This document shows, in pieces, positions 28,185 through 38,120 of a stretch of DNA of 64,000 nucleotides. Both the position numbers and the translations under genes were made by a program. Location: contig PMCS01000008.1 of the NCBI GenBank assembly GCA_003154195.1, positions 15,366-79,365 on the forward strand, read 5' to 3'. Every line of letters starts with the position of its first letter. The stretch's first letter is position 1. Source of the DNA: Candidatus Omnitrophota bacterium (GTDB lineage Bacteria > Omnitrophota > Gorgyraeia > Duberdicusellales > 4484-171). The notes under the pieces are model-generated. The model was given only the letters and a program-made list of their open reading frames with translations. It searched no databases and had not been told where the DNA came from.

Positions 28185-29039
28185 TTACACCCACCTCTGG
28201 ATCTCTTCTTCCAATAATACGCTGTGTTTTTGGAAAACTTTATCTTTTATTGTACGGATCAAATAATCTACATCATCATAAACGGCGCCGCCGACGTTAA
28301 TTATGAAATTAGCATGCTTATCCGAAACTTGAGCGCCGCCTTTACGCGAACCCTTAAGGGCGCATGAATCAATTAAAAACCCTGCCGCCAATCCGACGGG
28401 GTTTTTAAAAACGCATCCGCAACTGGGATAACCAAAATCCTGCTTCTGCAGCCTCTGCGCCAGGAAATCTTTTATGCGTAAACGCACCCCCTGCCCGTTT
28501 CTCAATTCGAACCAGGCGCGTAAAATAATCTTATCCTTCAAAGAAGAATGCCGGTAGCCAAATTCGATATTGGTTCTATCCAAAATTTTCACGGTTCCCC
28601 GGCCGGCCAGAATTTGGGCTTTTTTTAAAAAAGATGACACCTCCCTGCCGAAAGCCGAAGCGTTCATCGCCAACATCCCGCCCAGAGTTGCCGGTATTCC
28701 TGCCAGATTTTCCCATCCCTCAAGGTTATGCTCAATGCAATAACGCAGAATACTTCTCAAAGAAGCCGCCGCGCCGATTTCTATCAGACCGCCGTCATCT
28801 TTTATATAATCAAATTCCTTTCCCAGTTTTATCACCGGTTTCTCTATCAAAGAATCTTTGATCAACAGGTTGGAACCGCCGCCCAAAAGATAGAATCGCT
28901 CTTCATTCTGCCTTGAGAAAGCAGCTAAATCATCCGTAGACTCGACGATACAAAAATACCTGGCCTTGCCGCCTATTTTTATGGATGAATATTGTTTTAA
29001 ATCAACGTTATTCCGTATCTGAAGATCTTTGATAACCAA
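28185..29039 (-). CDS. murB: UDP-N-acetylenolpyruvoylglucosamine reductase
   Basis: GGGSNLL, GIPATLGG..MNA, GCVFKNP, KHANFI. Confidence 0.96.
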   Translation of the reverse strand: MVIKDLQIRNNVDLKQYSSIKIGGKARYFCIVESTDDLAAFSRQNEERFYLLGGGSNLLIKDSLIEKPVIKLGKEFDYIKDDGGLIEIGAAASLRSILRYCIEHNLEGWENLAGIPATLGGMLAMNASAFGREVSSFLKKAQILAGRGTVKILDRTNIEFGYRHSSLKDKIILRAWFELRNGQGVRLRIKDFLAQRLQKQDFGYPSCGCVFKNPVGLAAGFLIDSCALKGSRKGGAQVSDKHANFIINVGGAVYDDVDYLIRTIKDKVFQKHSVLLEEEIQRWV

Positions 29040-29054
29040 TCTCCTCGCAACTTT

Positions 29055-30458
29055 TCAAATTTCTTTCATATTATTTTTGATGGAGTTATTACTAATTCTC
29101 TTAAATTCCTCCAAAATACCATCCATCAAGATATTAATATCTCCCGCCCCCAGGCCAATCACGATATCCCCTTCCTCCAGATAAAGCGGGACTGTCTTTA
29201 TCAACTTATCTTTCGGAACATACTTTACTGATTTACATGATTTTTTCTTTATTTCCCCGGCTAGAATATGACCGCTTAGCCCTTCGATCTCTTTTTCGCA
29301 CGCCGAATATATATCCGTAACAATAACTTCGTCGGCGCAGGAAAAACAGGAACCGAATTCGCCGCACAATGCTTTCGCCCGGGAAAAACGGTGGGGCTGG
29401 AAAATAGCCACCAGACGACGCGGATTAAGCAAGCGGGCTGCCTTTAAAACCGCTTGAATCTCCGAGGGGTGATGCGCATAATCATCTACAAAAGTAACCT
29501 GCTGAACAACTTCTTTTATTTGAAACCGCCTCTTAGTCCCTTTAAAATCGGCCATAAAATCTATGACCCGGGCAAGGTCTTCGCCCAGATAATGGAAAAA
29601 ACCCAAAACCGCTAAAGAATTAAGCGCGTTATGTTCGCCCAGCAGAGGTATTTTTACCCGGGAAACCGGCTTGTTATCGATAAAAAAAGAAAAGTTGCTG
29701 AACCGGCCGTCAAAAGAAAAATCATCGGCCCTGAATTTATTACTGTCGCTAAAACCGTAAGTCCAGCCGTCAGCCTTGACGATAATATCGCGTAAATAAG
29801 GGTCCTCGCCCCAGCCGATAACTTTGCCTTTAGTCTGATAGGCAAATTTCTGGAAGCCCGCTCTCAGGTTTTCAATATTTTTATAGTAGTCAAGATGTTC
29901 CGCGTCAATATTGGTAATCAGAGAAACCAGGGGGTTATAGTACAGAAAACTTGCGTCGCTCTCATCGGTCTCAATCACAAAATATTCATCGCCCCACCAG
30001 GCACTACGAGAATAGTTCAGGGGCACCCCCCCCACAAATACCGTCGGTTTATAACCCAAGGCGGTCAAAAGATAGCCCGTAAAAGCCGTGGTCGTGGTTT
30101 TACCATGGCTGCCGGCAACAGCAATAGTTTTTTTATCCCAGGTAAGCAATCCTAAAAGTTCGCCCCGTTTCAGGATCGTCAAGCCGCGGCAGCCAGCCTC
30201 GATAAGTTCGGAATTATCATCTTTGATTGCCGAAGAATATGTGACTAAATTGGTATCCGGCGCGATGTTTTCTTTTCGATGGCCGATAAAAATATCGATA
30301 CCTTCCCGGCGAAGCATCGCGACCGTAGGACTATCCTGTATATCCGAACCGCAAACCCGAAAACCCTTATCTTTTAAAAGTAAAGCCAAACCGCTCATGC
30401 CGATGCCGCCGATACCGATAAAATGAATATTTTTTACTCCTGATAGAATTTTTTCCAT
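29055..30458 (-). CDS. murC: UDP-N-acetylmuramate--L-alanine ligase
   Basis: GIGGIGMSG, GSHGKTTT, DDYAHHP, FQPHR. Confidence 0.97.
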   Translation of the reverse strand: MEKILSGVKNIHFIGIGGIGMSGLALLLKDKGFRVCGSDIQDSPTVAMLRREGIDIFIGHRKENIAPDTNLVTYSSAIKDDNSELIEAGCRGLTILKRGELLGLLTWDKKTIAVAGSHGKTTTTAFTGYLLTALGYKPTVFVGGVPLNYSRSAWWGDEYFVIETDESDASFLYYNPLVSLITNIDAEHLDYYKNIENLRAGFQKFAYQTKGKVIGWGEDPYLRDIIVKADGWTYGFSDSNKFRADDFSFDGRFSNFSFFIDNKPVSRVKIPLLGEHNALNSLAVLGFFHYLGEDLARVIDFMADFKGTKRRFQIKEVVQQVTFVDDYAHHPSEIQAVLKAARLLNPRRLVAIFQPHRFSRAKALCGEFGSCFSCADEVIVTDIYSACEKEIEGLSGHILAGEIKKKSCKSVKYVPKDKLIKTVPLYLEEGDIVIGLGAGDINILMDGILEEFKRISNNSIKNNMKEI

Positions 30459-31339
30459 CCGTCCTCCAGATTTTTCATAGTGGTGAATACTCCGAATGAC
30501 TTGATCAGGGCTTCCTCCAGGGTTGCGTCATTGCGCAAACAAAACAAAAAATAGTTAAAAGTATCCCGGCCGCGGTCTTTGATCATAAAATTAATCAGCG
30601 AGAAAGATTCAATATAAAAAATATCGGCATATTCTTGAGGCTGACTATTTAAAAATAAACCGTCGATTTTATTCAATTTTTCAAAAGGTATATAGTTATT
30701 ATCTCTAATCATAACTTTCGCGGCCGGTAGATATCCCTGATGGGCTCCGTTATTATATTTATCTTCAATATACATCGCGACAGCTTCATCAAGCCATAAA
30801 GGAAAATTCTTTTCGCCGACGTACTCCCGGAAAATTATATGCGTCAGCTCATGCGCCAATATCGCAGAAAATCGATTCTGATTCGGGTAGGTATAAATCA
30901 GGCGTTCCCGGTAATCGACGCACGCCCCGGACCATTGGGGGCAATTAAAACGCCGGGAATAATCATCGCGGTCCCTGGCGACATAAATTTTTGCCCTGTT
31001 TTCCCAAAGCCAAAGCTTACCCCTGATGAGGTTGAATTCCTCCGTAATCCGGGAGAAAAACTGTTCCGCGATATCCCTTATGCCATAGGCATAGTTATCG
31101 CCCACCGCCGGAGAATAATAAATAATGAAATGATCACACTTTAATTCCTTAAAATCAGATTCCTGCGCGAAACAAATAATGGAACAAAAAATACAAAATA
31201 AAAAAAATTGACAAAATACCTTAGTCCACAGGTTAATCAGATTATTCAGATTAATTTTTACAGATTTTTTATGATTTTTTTCTGTATAATCCGCAAAACC
31301 AGTCAATAACGTTTTTATCTTTAAAATATTTTTAACCAT
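30434..31339 (-). CDS. Peptidase MA-like zinc metallopeptidase, probably exported
   Basis: HELTH + PLWLDEA motif; signal-like segment before AQES; start uncertain. Confidence 0.8.
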   Translation of the reverse strand: MVKNILKIKTLLTGFADYTEKNHKKSVKINLNNLINLWTKVFCQFFLFCIFCSIICFAQESDFKELKCDHFIIYYSPAVGDNYAYGIRDIAEQFFSRITEEFNLIRGKLWLWENRAKIYVARDRDDYSRRFNCPQWSGACVDYRERLIYTYPNQNRFSAILAHELTHIIFREYVGEKNFPLWLDEAVAMYIEDKYNNGAHQGYLPAAKVMIRDNNYIPFEKLNKIDGLFLNSQPQEYADIFYIESFSLINFMIKDRGRDTFNYFLFCLRNDATLEEALIKSFGVFTTMKNLEDGWKKFYQE

Positions 31340-31484
31340 TGATTTTTCCGATAAATCTGTCCCGTTACCCTGAATGAAATATTTAGGTGCGGGACGCCCC
31401 GAACCTAAATAGATTATCTATGGTAACGGGGCTGCGAAATATGTGGACTAGAATCTTTTATTGTTTTTGCCTTTTATCTATTAT

Positions 31485-32513
31485 TTATTTCAGCATCCGC
31501 CCAATGTTCTCGCCGAATTCATCGCAAGCTACCGCTAATTTTATTTTTGCCAAATTGGCAATCATGCCATTTCTTACCGCGTCATCGAAAAGCAATTCTC
31601 CCGCGCGAAGTTTAAAATCGGCAAAATTAAAATCGTCCTGCGTAAAGACACGGGCGGCGCCGCGTTCTTCAAAATACAAAGCATTGGCTTTTTGATGCCC
31701 GCCGGCCGCGGGATAGGGAATCAATATTGGCGGTATTCCGTAATAGGAAATTTCCGCCAGGGTCGAAGCCCCCGCGCGCGAAATAATCAGATCAGCCGCG
31801 CTGTAAAGATATTGCATATCGTAATAAAAATCTTTTATAAATTTTGCTTTTTCTATTTTTTCATACATCGCCAAACATTCGCGATAATTATTCTTGCCGG
31901 TAAGATGAATGATCAAAAATTCCTCATCCAGCTCTGCGACGAGTTTTATAAAATTTTTATTCAGGAATTCTGAGCCCTGGCTTCCGCCAAAACATAAAAT
32001 CCCGGGTTTACCGTTTAAACCCAAATGCTTTCTCGCTTCATCCCTGTTTATCTTTCTTATATTTTCCCTTAAAGGAACGCCGACGACACAAGCTTTATCG
32101 CGGTTATCGCCGGCATCAAAACCGTATATCACCTTGCGGCTGAAAAAAGAAAGCGCCTTGTTTGCCGCGCCCATAACGGCGTTAGGTTCATAAACCGCCG
32201 TCGGGATAAAAATACAAGAGCTGAAAAAAAGTAAAAAAAAACTATCCCTTCCTCCGAAACCGATAACCCGCTCTGGCCTGACCAACAACAAAATATAAAC
32301 CGCTTCGCTAAACCGCCATAATGCTTCACAAAAAATATTTCTCTTTTTAAAAACTTTTCCCCATACCTTATATCCCCTGTCCCTGATATAACCTTTCAAC
32401 GACTCGGCGGTGGCAAAAAAACAAACCTCTCCTTCTTTCTCAAAAGCCTTCGCAAAAACAAGAGCAGGGAAAATATGTCCTCCGCTCCTATCGCAAACCA
32501 ATAATGTTTTCAT
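31485..32513 (-). CDS. murG: Lipid II GlcNAc transferase
   Basis: SGGHIFPA, GGSQG, SRAGAST, HQKANA. Confidence 0.93.
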   Translation of the reverse strand: MKTLLVCDRSGGHIFPALVFAKAFEKEGEVCFFATAESLKGYIRDRGYKVWGKVFKKRNIFCEALWRFSEAVYILLLVRPERVIGFGGRDSFFLLFFSSCIFIPTAVYEPNAVMGAANKALSFFSRKVIYGFDAGDNRDKACVVGVPLRENIRKINRDEARKHLGLNGKPGILCFGGSQGSEFLNKNFIKLVAELDEEFLIIHLTGKNNYRECLAMYEKIEKAKFIKDFYYDMQYLYSAADLIISRAGASTLAEISYYGIPPILIPYPAAGGHQKANALYFEERGAARVFTQDDFNFADFKLRAGELLFDDAVRNGMIANLAKIKLAVACDEFGENIGRMLK

Positions 32514-32534
32514 GTATTAACCTAAATAATCTCT

Positions 32535-32602
32535 AAGCGCCAAAGTATCAGAGTGCCAGGGCGGTTCTTTAACTTTGACGCTTTGCCCTTTTGACGCTAT
32601 GA
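32535..32602. repeat. Bracket family D (murG/ftsW junction)
   Basis: gcgccaaa-gtatcaga-gtgccagg ... tgacgctt-tgcccttt-tgacgcta. Confidence 0.8.
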
Positions 32603-32610
32603 TCCTTCCG

Positions 32611-33921
32611 TCAATCTGCCAGCATTGGCTCCATCTTCCCGGCAACTTCGCGTATCTTCTCTTCATAAGGACGCGACGCGTTAAAAAATAACCCCAGAAG
32701 TATATAATGGGCGATCAAATTACTGCCGCCGTAACTCAAAAAAGGAAACGACAAGCCTTTGGTAGGAAAAAGGCCGCAGGCCACGCCGATATTCCCCAGT
32801 ATTTCTAAAAAAAATATAAAAGTTATCCCTAATAGAATCGCGCGACGCGATTCGCTGACGGCGAATCTGGCGATATTGAACATTTTATAAAAAATTGTAA
32901 AACACAAGGCCAATACCGCAAAAGAACCGAAAAACCCAAATTCTTCGGCAATAATAGAAAAAATAAAATCAGTGTGCGCCGCCGGTAAAAAAAATAATTT
33001 TTGCATTCCCTCTCCCAACCCTACGCCCGTAAGACCGCCATTACCGAAAGCAATCTGAGATTGAACAAGCTGGAACCCTGTTCCTTGCGGATCGGCAAAA
33101 GGATTAAGGTAGGCGGTTATCCGCCTAAAACGATAAGGATGAAGTTTAATCAGAAAAAATAACGCGATTAGCGCCAAAACAACGAGCGGCACGATATGCT
33201 TTGCCCTGGCGCGATATAAAACCAGAAAAAGCATCGTCCAAACAATCCAGAATACCGCTGTTCCTAAGTCCGGCTGCAAAAGGAGCAGGCCGCAGATAAC
33301 CACCATCACCAACCCTAAGGGGAGAAGCCCTCCGTAAAAACTTCTGAGCAAAACCCCTTTTCTCCTGAAATACTCTACGGCGTAAAATAAAAAAGTTATT
33401 TTCAATATTTCCGACGGCTGTAAATTAAAACCCGGGAGTTTAAACCAGCGGGTAGCACCGCCGGCGGTCCTGCCGATAACCGGCACTAAAGCCAGAAGCA
33501 CCAGCGTTAAAACCAAAAACAACTTATTATGACGGCGCAAAAAATCCAAATCGACAAGCAAGGCCAGGAGAAACAAAACAAGGCTTACGGCAAAATAAAC
33601 AACCTGGCGTATTAAAAAATACTGGGAATCTGAAGTTATTTTATAAGCATACATGCTTGAAGATTCATAAACCATAAGGATACCGAAAAGAGTAAGCAAA
33701 AAAACTGCGCCAAAAATAAACCGACGCTCCTTGCTTAATGGCTTTCGCGGCGGCGCTTCATTATCGGCGCCGTCTTCCTGACAAAAATAATCGGGTTGAG
33801 GACAAGCCTCCAGCGTTTTTCTGGGATGGGCAATAAAAATGCGAAGATTAGCAAACAATTTTTTAATATTTTGCAATTTACCTTCCAATGATTTTTTTAA
33901 TTTTAAGAGGTATTCTGTCAT
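32611..33921 (-). CDS. ftsW: SEDS family lipid II polymerase FtsW
   Basis: GATRW, QPSE, QPDLG, LPAAHTDFIF, SYGGS. Confidence 0.95.
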   Translation of the reverse strand: MTEYLLKLKKSLEGKLQNIKKLFANLRIFIAHPRKTLEACPQPDYFCQEDGADNEAPPRKPLSKERRFIFGAVFLLTLFGILMVYESSSMYAYKITSDSQYFLIRQVVYFAVSLVLFLLALLVDLDFLRRHNKLFLVLTLVLLALVPVIGRTAGGATRWFKLPGFNLQPSEILKITFLFYAVEYFRRKGVLLRSFYGGLLPLGLVMVVICGLLLLQPDLGTAVFWIVWTMLFLVLYRARAKHIVPLVVLALIALFFLIKLHPYRFRRITAYLNPFADPQGTGFQLVQSQIAFGNGGLTGVGLGEGMQKLFFLPAAHTDFIFSIIAEEFGFFGSFAVLALCFTIFYKMFNIARFAVSESRRAILLGITFIFFLEILGNIGVACGLFPTKGLSFPFLSYGGSNLIAHYILLGLFFNASRPYEEKIREVAGKMEPMLAD

Positions 33922-33960
33922 TTTAAAATGAATTGGCCATCGGTCTTTGGTCTTTAATTA

Positions 33961-35211
33961 TTATTCACCTAAACTATTGACTATCTGGACAAACTTCCTC
34001 CCCCTATCCATGTAATTCATAAACATATCGAAGCTGGCGCACATCGGCGAAAGAATGACCGTATCACCCCGGGACGCTTCCGCAAAAGAAGCGGCAACGG
34101 CATCCTCCAGCGACGGGAAAATTTCCACAGCGGCGAGTAAACCCAATTCATTTTTTATTTTCGGCGCGGCCTGGCCGATTAAATTAAGCTTTTTGACTTT
34201 TTCCAGATAAGGGTTGATTAAATCGTAATCTACGCCTTTATCTTTTCCGCCGGCGATCAGGATAATTTTCCCCCTGGTGTTCTTAAGCGCCCATATAGTA
34301 GAAGATGGGTTCGTAGATTTAGAATCATTCACAAAAGTAACGCCGTTGATTCTTTTCACGAATTGCATCCGGTGCGGCAATCCCTTAAATTCCGAAAATG
34401 CCTTTACGCAATCGGCCTTAGCCACATCAAAAATGCTTGCTATCCGGCAAGCGCACGAATAATTCGCGTTATCAAACTCATCGGAAAAATACAAAACTTT
34501 TGCTTTTATATTTTTTTCCACATCGGAACGCAAACGCATATCTTTATTGATAATTGCCCAATCATCTTTTTTTTGATTCTTGAAAATATTCATTTTGGCG
34601 TTAAGGTAATCCTTGAAGGTCGGATGCCGGTCTAAGTGGTTAGGGCCGACGTTGAGAAGCACGGCAACATGCGGCCGGAATTCTAAAATTGTTTCCAATT
34701 GAAAAGAGCTTATCTCTAAAACAATTAAATCGCCTTTTTTAGTATTTAAAACAAAGGAAGAAACGGGAATGCCGATATTTCCGCCCAAGAAAACTCTTTT
34801 GCGTTTTTCTTTTAATGCCCGGTAGGTGAGAAAAGTCGTAGTAGATTTTCCGTTGGTCCCAGTAATCGCGATAAATTTTGCCTTGGTCAGCCAAAAAGCA
34901 AACTCGACTTCCCCCACACAAAGAATACCGAGCTCCTTAGAGATTCTGGCAACGTCCGATGTCAAAGGATCTACGCCCGGACTTAAAACAACAAGTTGAC
35001 AATCTTTGATAAATTTTTCGCTATTGGCGCCGAATTCGAATTGGACGCCTCTCTCTCCATACCGAGTGATGGGCAACGGATGGAATGAATCCTTCTCTTT
35101 AATCTCGGTCAGTTTAACCTCTTTTTTCAGCGCAAGCAAAGCATCGCAAAGAGCGATACCACTCCGGCCCCATCCCACCACACCTACTTTTTTGATGCTA
35201 TCGATGTCCAT
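33961..35211 (-). CDS. murD: UDP-MurNAc-L-Ala--D-Glu ligase
   Basis: SPGV, TGTNGKST, EISSFQLE, NDSKSTN, SP.CASFD. Confidence 0.96.
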   Translation of the reverse strand: MDIDSIKKVGVVGWGRSGIALCDALLALKKEVKLTEIKEKDSFHPLPITRYGERGVQFEFGANSEKFIKDCQLVVLSPGVDPLTSDVARISKELGILCVGEVEFAFWLTKAKFIAITGTNGKSTTTFLTYRALKEKRKRVFLGGNIGIPVSSFVLNTKKGDLIVLEISSFQLETILEFRPHVAVLLNVGPNHLDRHPTFKDYLNAKMNIFKNQKKDDWAIINKDMRLRSDVEKNIKAKVLYFSDEFDNANYSCACRIASIFDVAKADCVKAFSEFKGLPHRMQFVKRINGVTFVNDSKSTNPSSTIWALKNTRGKIILIAGGKDKGVDYDLINPYLEKVKKLNLIGQAAPKIKNELGLLAAVEIFPSLEDAVAASFAEASRGDTVILSPMCASFDMFMNYMDRGRKFVQIVNSLGE

Positions 35212-35228
35212 TTTATTATTTTTGTAAT

Positions 35229-35428
35229 ACAGATGATCGCGGATTAAAAATCAACAGATGATCACAGATAATTACCAAAAATTCCAAGCACCGAATAACA
35301 ATTAAATACCAACAACCAGAATTCTAATGACCTGGACAAAAACCGATTAAGTCATCCGGTAATTGAAATTTATAATTTAATTATCTTATCAGCGATCATC
35401 AGCTTCTTCTAATCTGCGATCATCTGCG
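35229..35428. repeat. Bracket family G with nested inner 7-nt bracket (murD/mraY junction)
   Basis: cagatgatcgcggatt...cagatgatcacagat [inner] atcagcgatcatcag...aatctgcgatcatctg. Confidence 0.9.
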
Positions 35429-36511
35429 TTAACGCAGTTTCAACGTCAACAACGCCGCCACGGCAAAAAGTGCCGAAACAATCCAAAAACGCACGGTTAC
35501 TTTTGATTCTTTCCATCCCATTAGTTGAAAATGATGATGCAGGGGCGCGGCCAAAAATATTTTTTTGCCTCTCAGCCGCACCGAAAGAATCTGTAATATT
35601 ACGCTTAAGGTTTCGATAACAAAAAGGCCGCCGGTGATTATCAACAAAAACTCTTTCTTTATAAAAAGCGCGATCATGCCGATAACTCCCCCTAAAGATA
35701 AAGCCCCCACGTCACCCATGAAAATTTCCGCCGGATGTGCGTTGAACCACAAAAATCCCAGGCCCGCGCCCATCAACGCCAGGCAAACCACCGATAATTC
35801 TCCGGCGCCTTTAACAAACGGAATAAAAAGATAATGCGAAAATTTGACATTGCCTGCCACATAGCTGAATACGGTAAAGATTAAAGCGTTAGTGAGAACT
35901 CCGCCGATTGCTAACCCATCGAGGCCGTCGGTAAGATTAACCGCGTTTGATGTGGCGACAATAACCAAAGCAACCCAGAAAATGTAAAAATAACTCAAAT
36001 CCACTACCACCCGCTTAAAAAAAGGAAAATCCCAGGTCGTAGAGATATTCCGGTTTAACGTTATTAAAAAACCTAAAATCAATCCGATAAAAATCTGGGA
36101 AAATAATTTATCGCGCCGCGTCAAGCCTTTACCGGTTTTGATTTTGGTTAAATCATCCTGCAAACCCAGCGCGCCCAGAAAAGACGCCGTCAGGATAACT
36201 ACCCAGATAAAATAGTTATCGAGCCTGGCCCAGAGTAAAGTTGTCAAAATAAAAGAAGAAAGAATCAAAACACCGCCCATGGTAGGCGTTCCTTTTTTTT
36301 CGGAGTATAAAGACTCCAGCGGTTTATATCCATACATATCTATTCTTTCGACAAACTGGAGTTTTTTTATCCAGGCGATAACAAATTTCCAAAACAACAT
36401 CACCAGCAGAAAAGAAGTGATAAAAGCGCACCCTCCCCGGAAGGTGATGTATTTGGTTACATTTAAAACCGAAATATACTTTGATAAAGGGTAGAGTAGA
36501 TGATAAATCAT
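35429..36511 (-). CDS. mraY: Phospho-N-acetylmuramoyl-pentapeptide transferase
   Basis: KGTPTMGG, NLTDGLDGL, FMGDVG, APLHHHF. Confidence 0.97.
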   Translation of the reverse strand: MIYHLLYPLSKYISVLNVTKYITFRGGCAFITSFLLVMLFWKFVIAWIKKLQFVERIDMYGYKPLESLYSEKKGTPTMGGVLILSSFILTTLLWARLDNYFIWVVILTASFLGALGLQDDLTKIKTGKGLTRRDKLFSQIFIGLILGFLITLNRNISTTWDFPFFKRVVVDLSYFYIFWVALVIVATSNAVNLTDGLDGLAIGGVLTNALIFTVFSYVAGNVKFSHYLFIPFVKGAGELSVVCLALMGAGLGFLWFNAHPAEIFMGDVGALSLGGVIGMIALFIKKEFLLIITGGLFVIETLSVILQILSVRLRGKKIFLAAPLHHHFQLMGWKESKVTVRFWIVSALFAVAALLTLKLR

Positions 36512-36532
36512 AAATTTATTATATTTGAATGA

Positions 36533-36622
36533 TTGCTATCGGTTACTAAAGGTTACAAAAGGTTGTAAAGCCCCCGGCAACCGTTAGTAACCAATAGCAA
36601 CCAGCAGTAACCTTTAGTAACC
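36533..36622. repeat. Bracket family E (10-nt GGTTACTAAA / TTTAGTAACC), mraY/murF junction
   Basis: ggttactaaa-ggttacaaaa-ggttg ... gttagtaacc-aatagcaacc-agcagtaacc-tttagtaacc. Confidence 0.9.
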
Positions 36623-36623
36623 A

Positions 36624-37991
36624 TTAAGCTTTATCGGTTTTAAGCTCCTCTATCACTTTCTCCAACTCCATCTTTCTTGAGCCTTTGAGAAAAATTAAAT
36701 ACTTATCGCGCCCTTCGTTCCCCCGGCGTGTTTCTTTTTTAATAAAATCAGCGATATCTTTATGGGAAAAAAAATGAAAAGCTTTGACGCCGCCGCGAGC
36801 CCGAAGCTCTTCGTTCAAATATCTTGCCTCATCGCCTATAGTCAAGCAATAAGCACATTGGGATTTGATAATCGAACCGGCTAAGGATTTATGATAATAA
36901 ATAGACTTATCGCCTAACTCCCGCATATCTCCCACCACGGCAATTTTCGTATAGGGAAAAAACCCGAGGCTTTTTAAGACTTCACAAAAAGCGTAGGGAT
37001 TGGAATTATATGAATCGTCGATAATAGTAAAACCGTTGATCTCCTTAAGCTCCATACGCGATTTAGGGAAATCATTAAAATTACTCAAACTTCCCACCGC
37101 CGTTTTTAAAGATATATTTTTAATCCCGGCCGCGGCTATCGCCGCCATGGCGTTGGAGATAAAACCGGCAAACGGCGTGGCTAATTTTAATTCGTATTTA
37201 TCGCAGATTATAAAAACCGACTCTTTAGCGCTGCTATTGATCAAGCGGCCATATACATTATTTTCGTTACTTTTGCCGAACCAAAAAACTTTTTTGCATG
37301 AATCTACCTTTCGCAAACAATTGTCATCGGCGTTCAGCACGGCTTTTATTCTACGGTTTTCTCTCAGAAGAGATATTTTTTCTTGATATATGGCGTTTAA
37401 GCTGCCAAATCCTTCCCAGTGAACCGGTTTTATGAAAGTAATGACGCCGACATCGGGCAAAGCCATTTGCGCAAGCGTCTTTATTTCTCCCGGATGATTA
37501 GTGCCTAATTCTAAAATCATAATTTTTTCATCGTTAAGGGCAAAAATTGTTTTAGCCACGCCCAAAATATTATTTTCGGTCTTGTTATTTTTAAGAACCT
37601 TGAATTTATCCCGCAGGCAAAACGCCAGCATTTCCTTAGTCGTGGTTTTTCCCACTGAACCGGTTATCGCGTAAACAAAAGGATTCTTATACTTACGAAC
37701 ATACCGGGCGCATTTAGCCAAAGCCAGGTAACTGTCGCCGACGATAAAAAACGGGACCTTGTGCGGCACAGCAATATATTTTTGGGCAATAATCAGAGAA
37801 GCGCCTTTCCTTACCGCTTCCGCGATATAATCATGGCCGTCCTTATGCTCTCCCTTCAAAGCAATATAGGCCTGCTCCTTTTTAAGGGTACGCGTATCAA
37901 GAGAAAAGCCTTTAACCGGTTTAAAAAAATATAGATTATAGATTTTATCCGGTTTTAATAATTTTTTTAGGGTTAAAAAATCATTAATCAT
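36624..37991 (-). CDS. murF: UDP-MurNAc-tripeptide--D-Ala-D-Ala ligase
   Basis: TGSVGKTTTKE, DDSYNSNP, GDMRELG, KGSR. Confidence 0.95.
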   Translation of the reverse strand: MINDFLTLKKLLKPDKIYNLYFFKPVKGFSLDTRTLKKEQAYIALKGEHKDGHDYIAEAVRKGASLIIAQKYIAVPHKVPFFIVGDSYLALAKCARYVRKYKNPFVYAITGSVGKTTTKEMLAFCLRDKFKVLKNNKTENNILGVAKTIFALNDEKIMILELGTNHPGEIKTLAQMALPDVGVITFIKPVHWEGFGSLNAIYQEKISLLRENRRIKAVLNADDNCLRKVDSCKKVFWFGKSNENNVYGRLINSSAKESVFIICDKYELKLATPFAGFISNAMAAIAAAGIKNISLKTAVGSLSNFNDFPKSRMELKEINGFTIIDDSYNSNPYAFCEVLKSLGFFPYTKIAVVGDMRELGDKSIYYHKSLAGSIIKSQCAYCLTIGDEARYLNEELRARGGVKAFHFFSHKDIADFIKKETRRGNEGRDKYLIFLKGSRKMELEKVIEELKTDKA

Positions 37992-38035
37992 AATTTTTAT
38001 TTCTTACTGCGTAAAAAATAAATAACGATAATTGC

Positions 38036-38109
38036 GTAGAAACGGGCACCCGTGCCTGTCCTTTATTATTTAATATTTCATCATTGAGTAAGGGGGGGGC
38101 CGCCCCTAC
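38036..38109. repeat. Degenerate REPIN-like doublet
   Basis: gtagaaacgggcacccgtgcctgtcc ... ggccgcccctac. Confidence 0.7.
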
Positions 38110-38120
38110 TGCATATTTGA

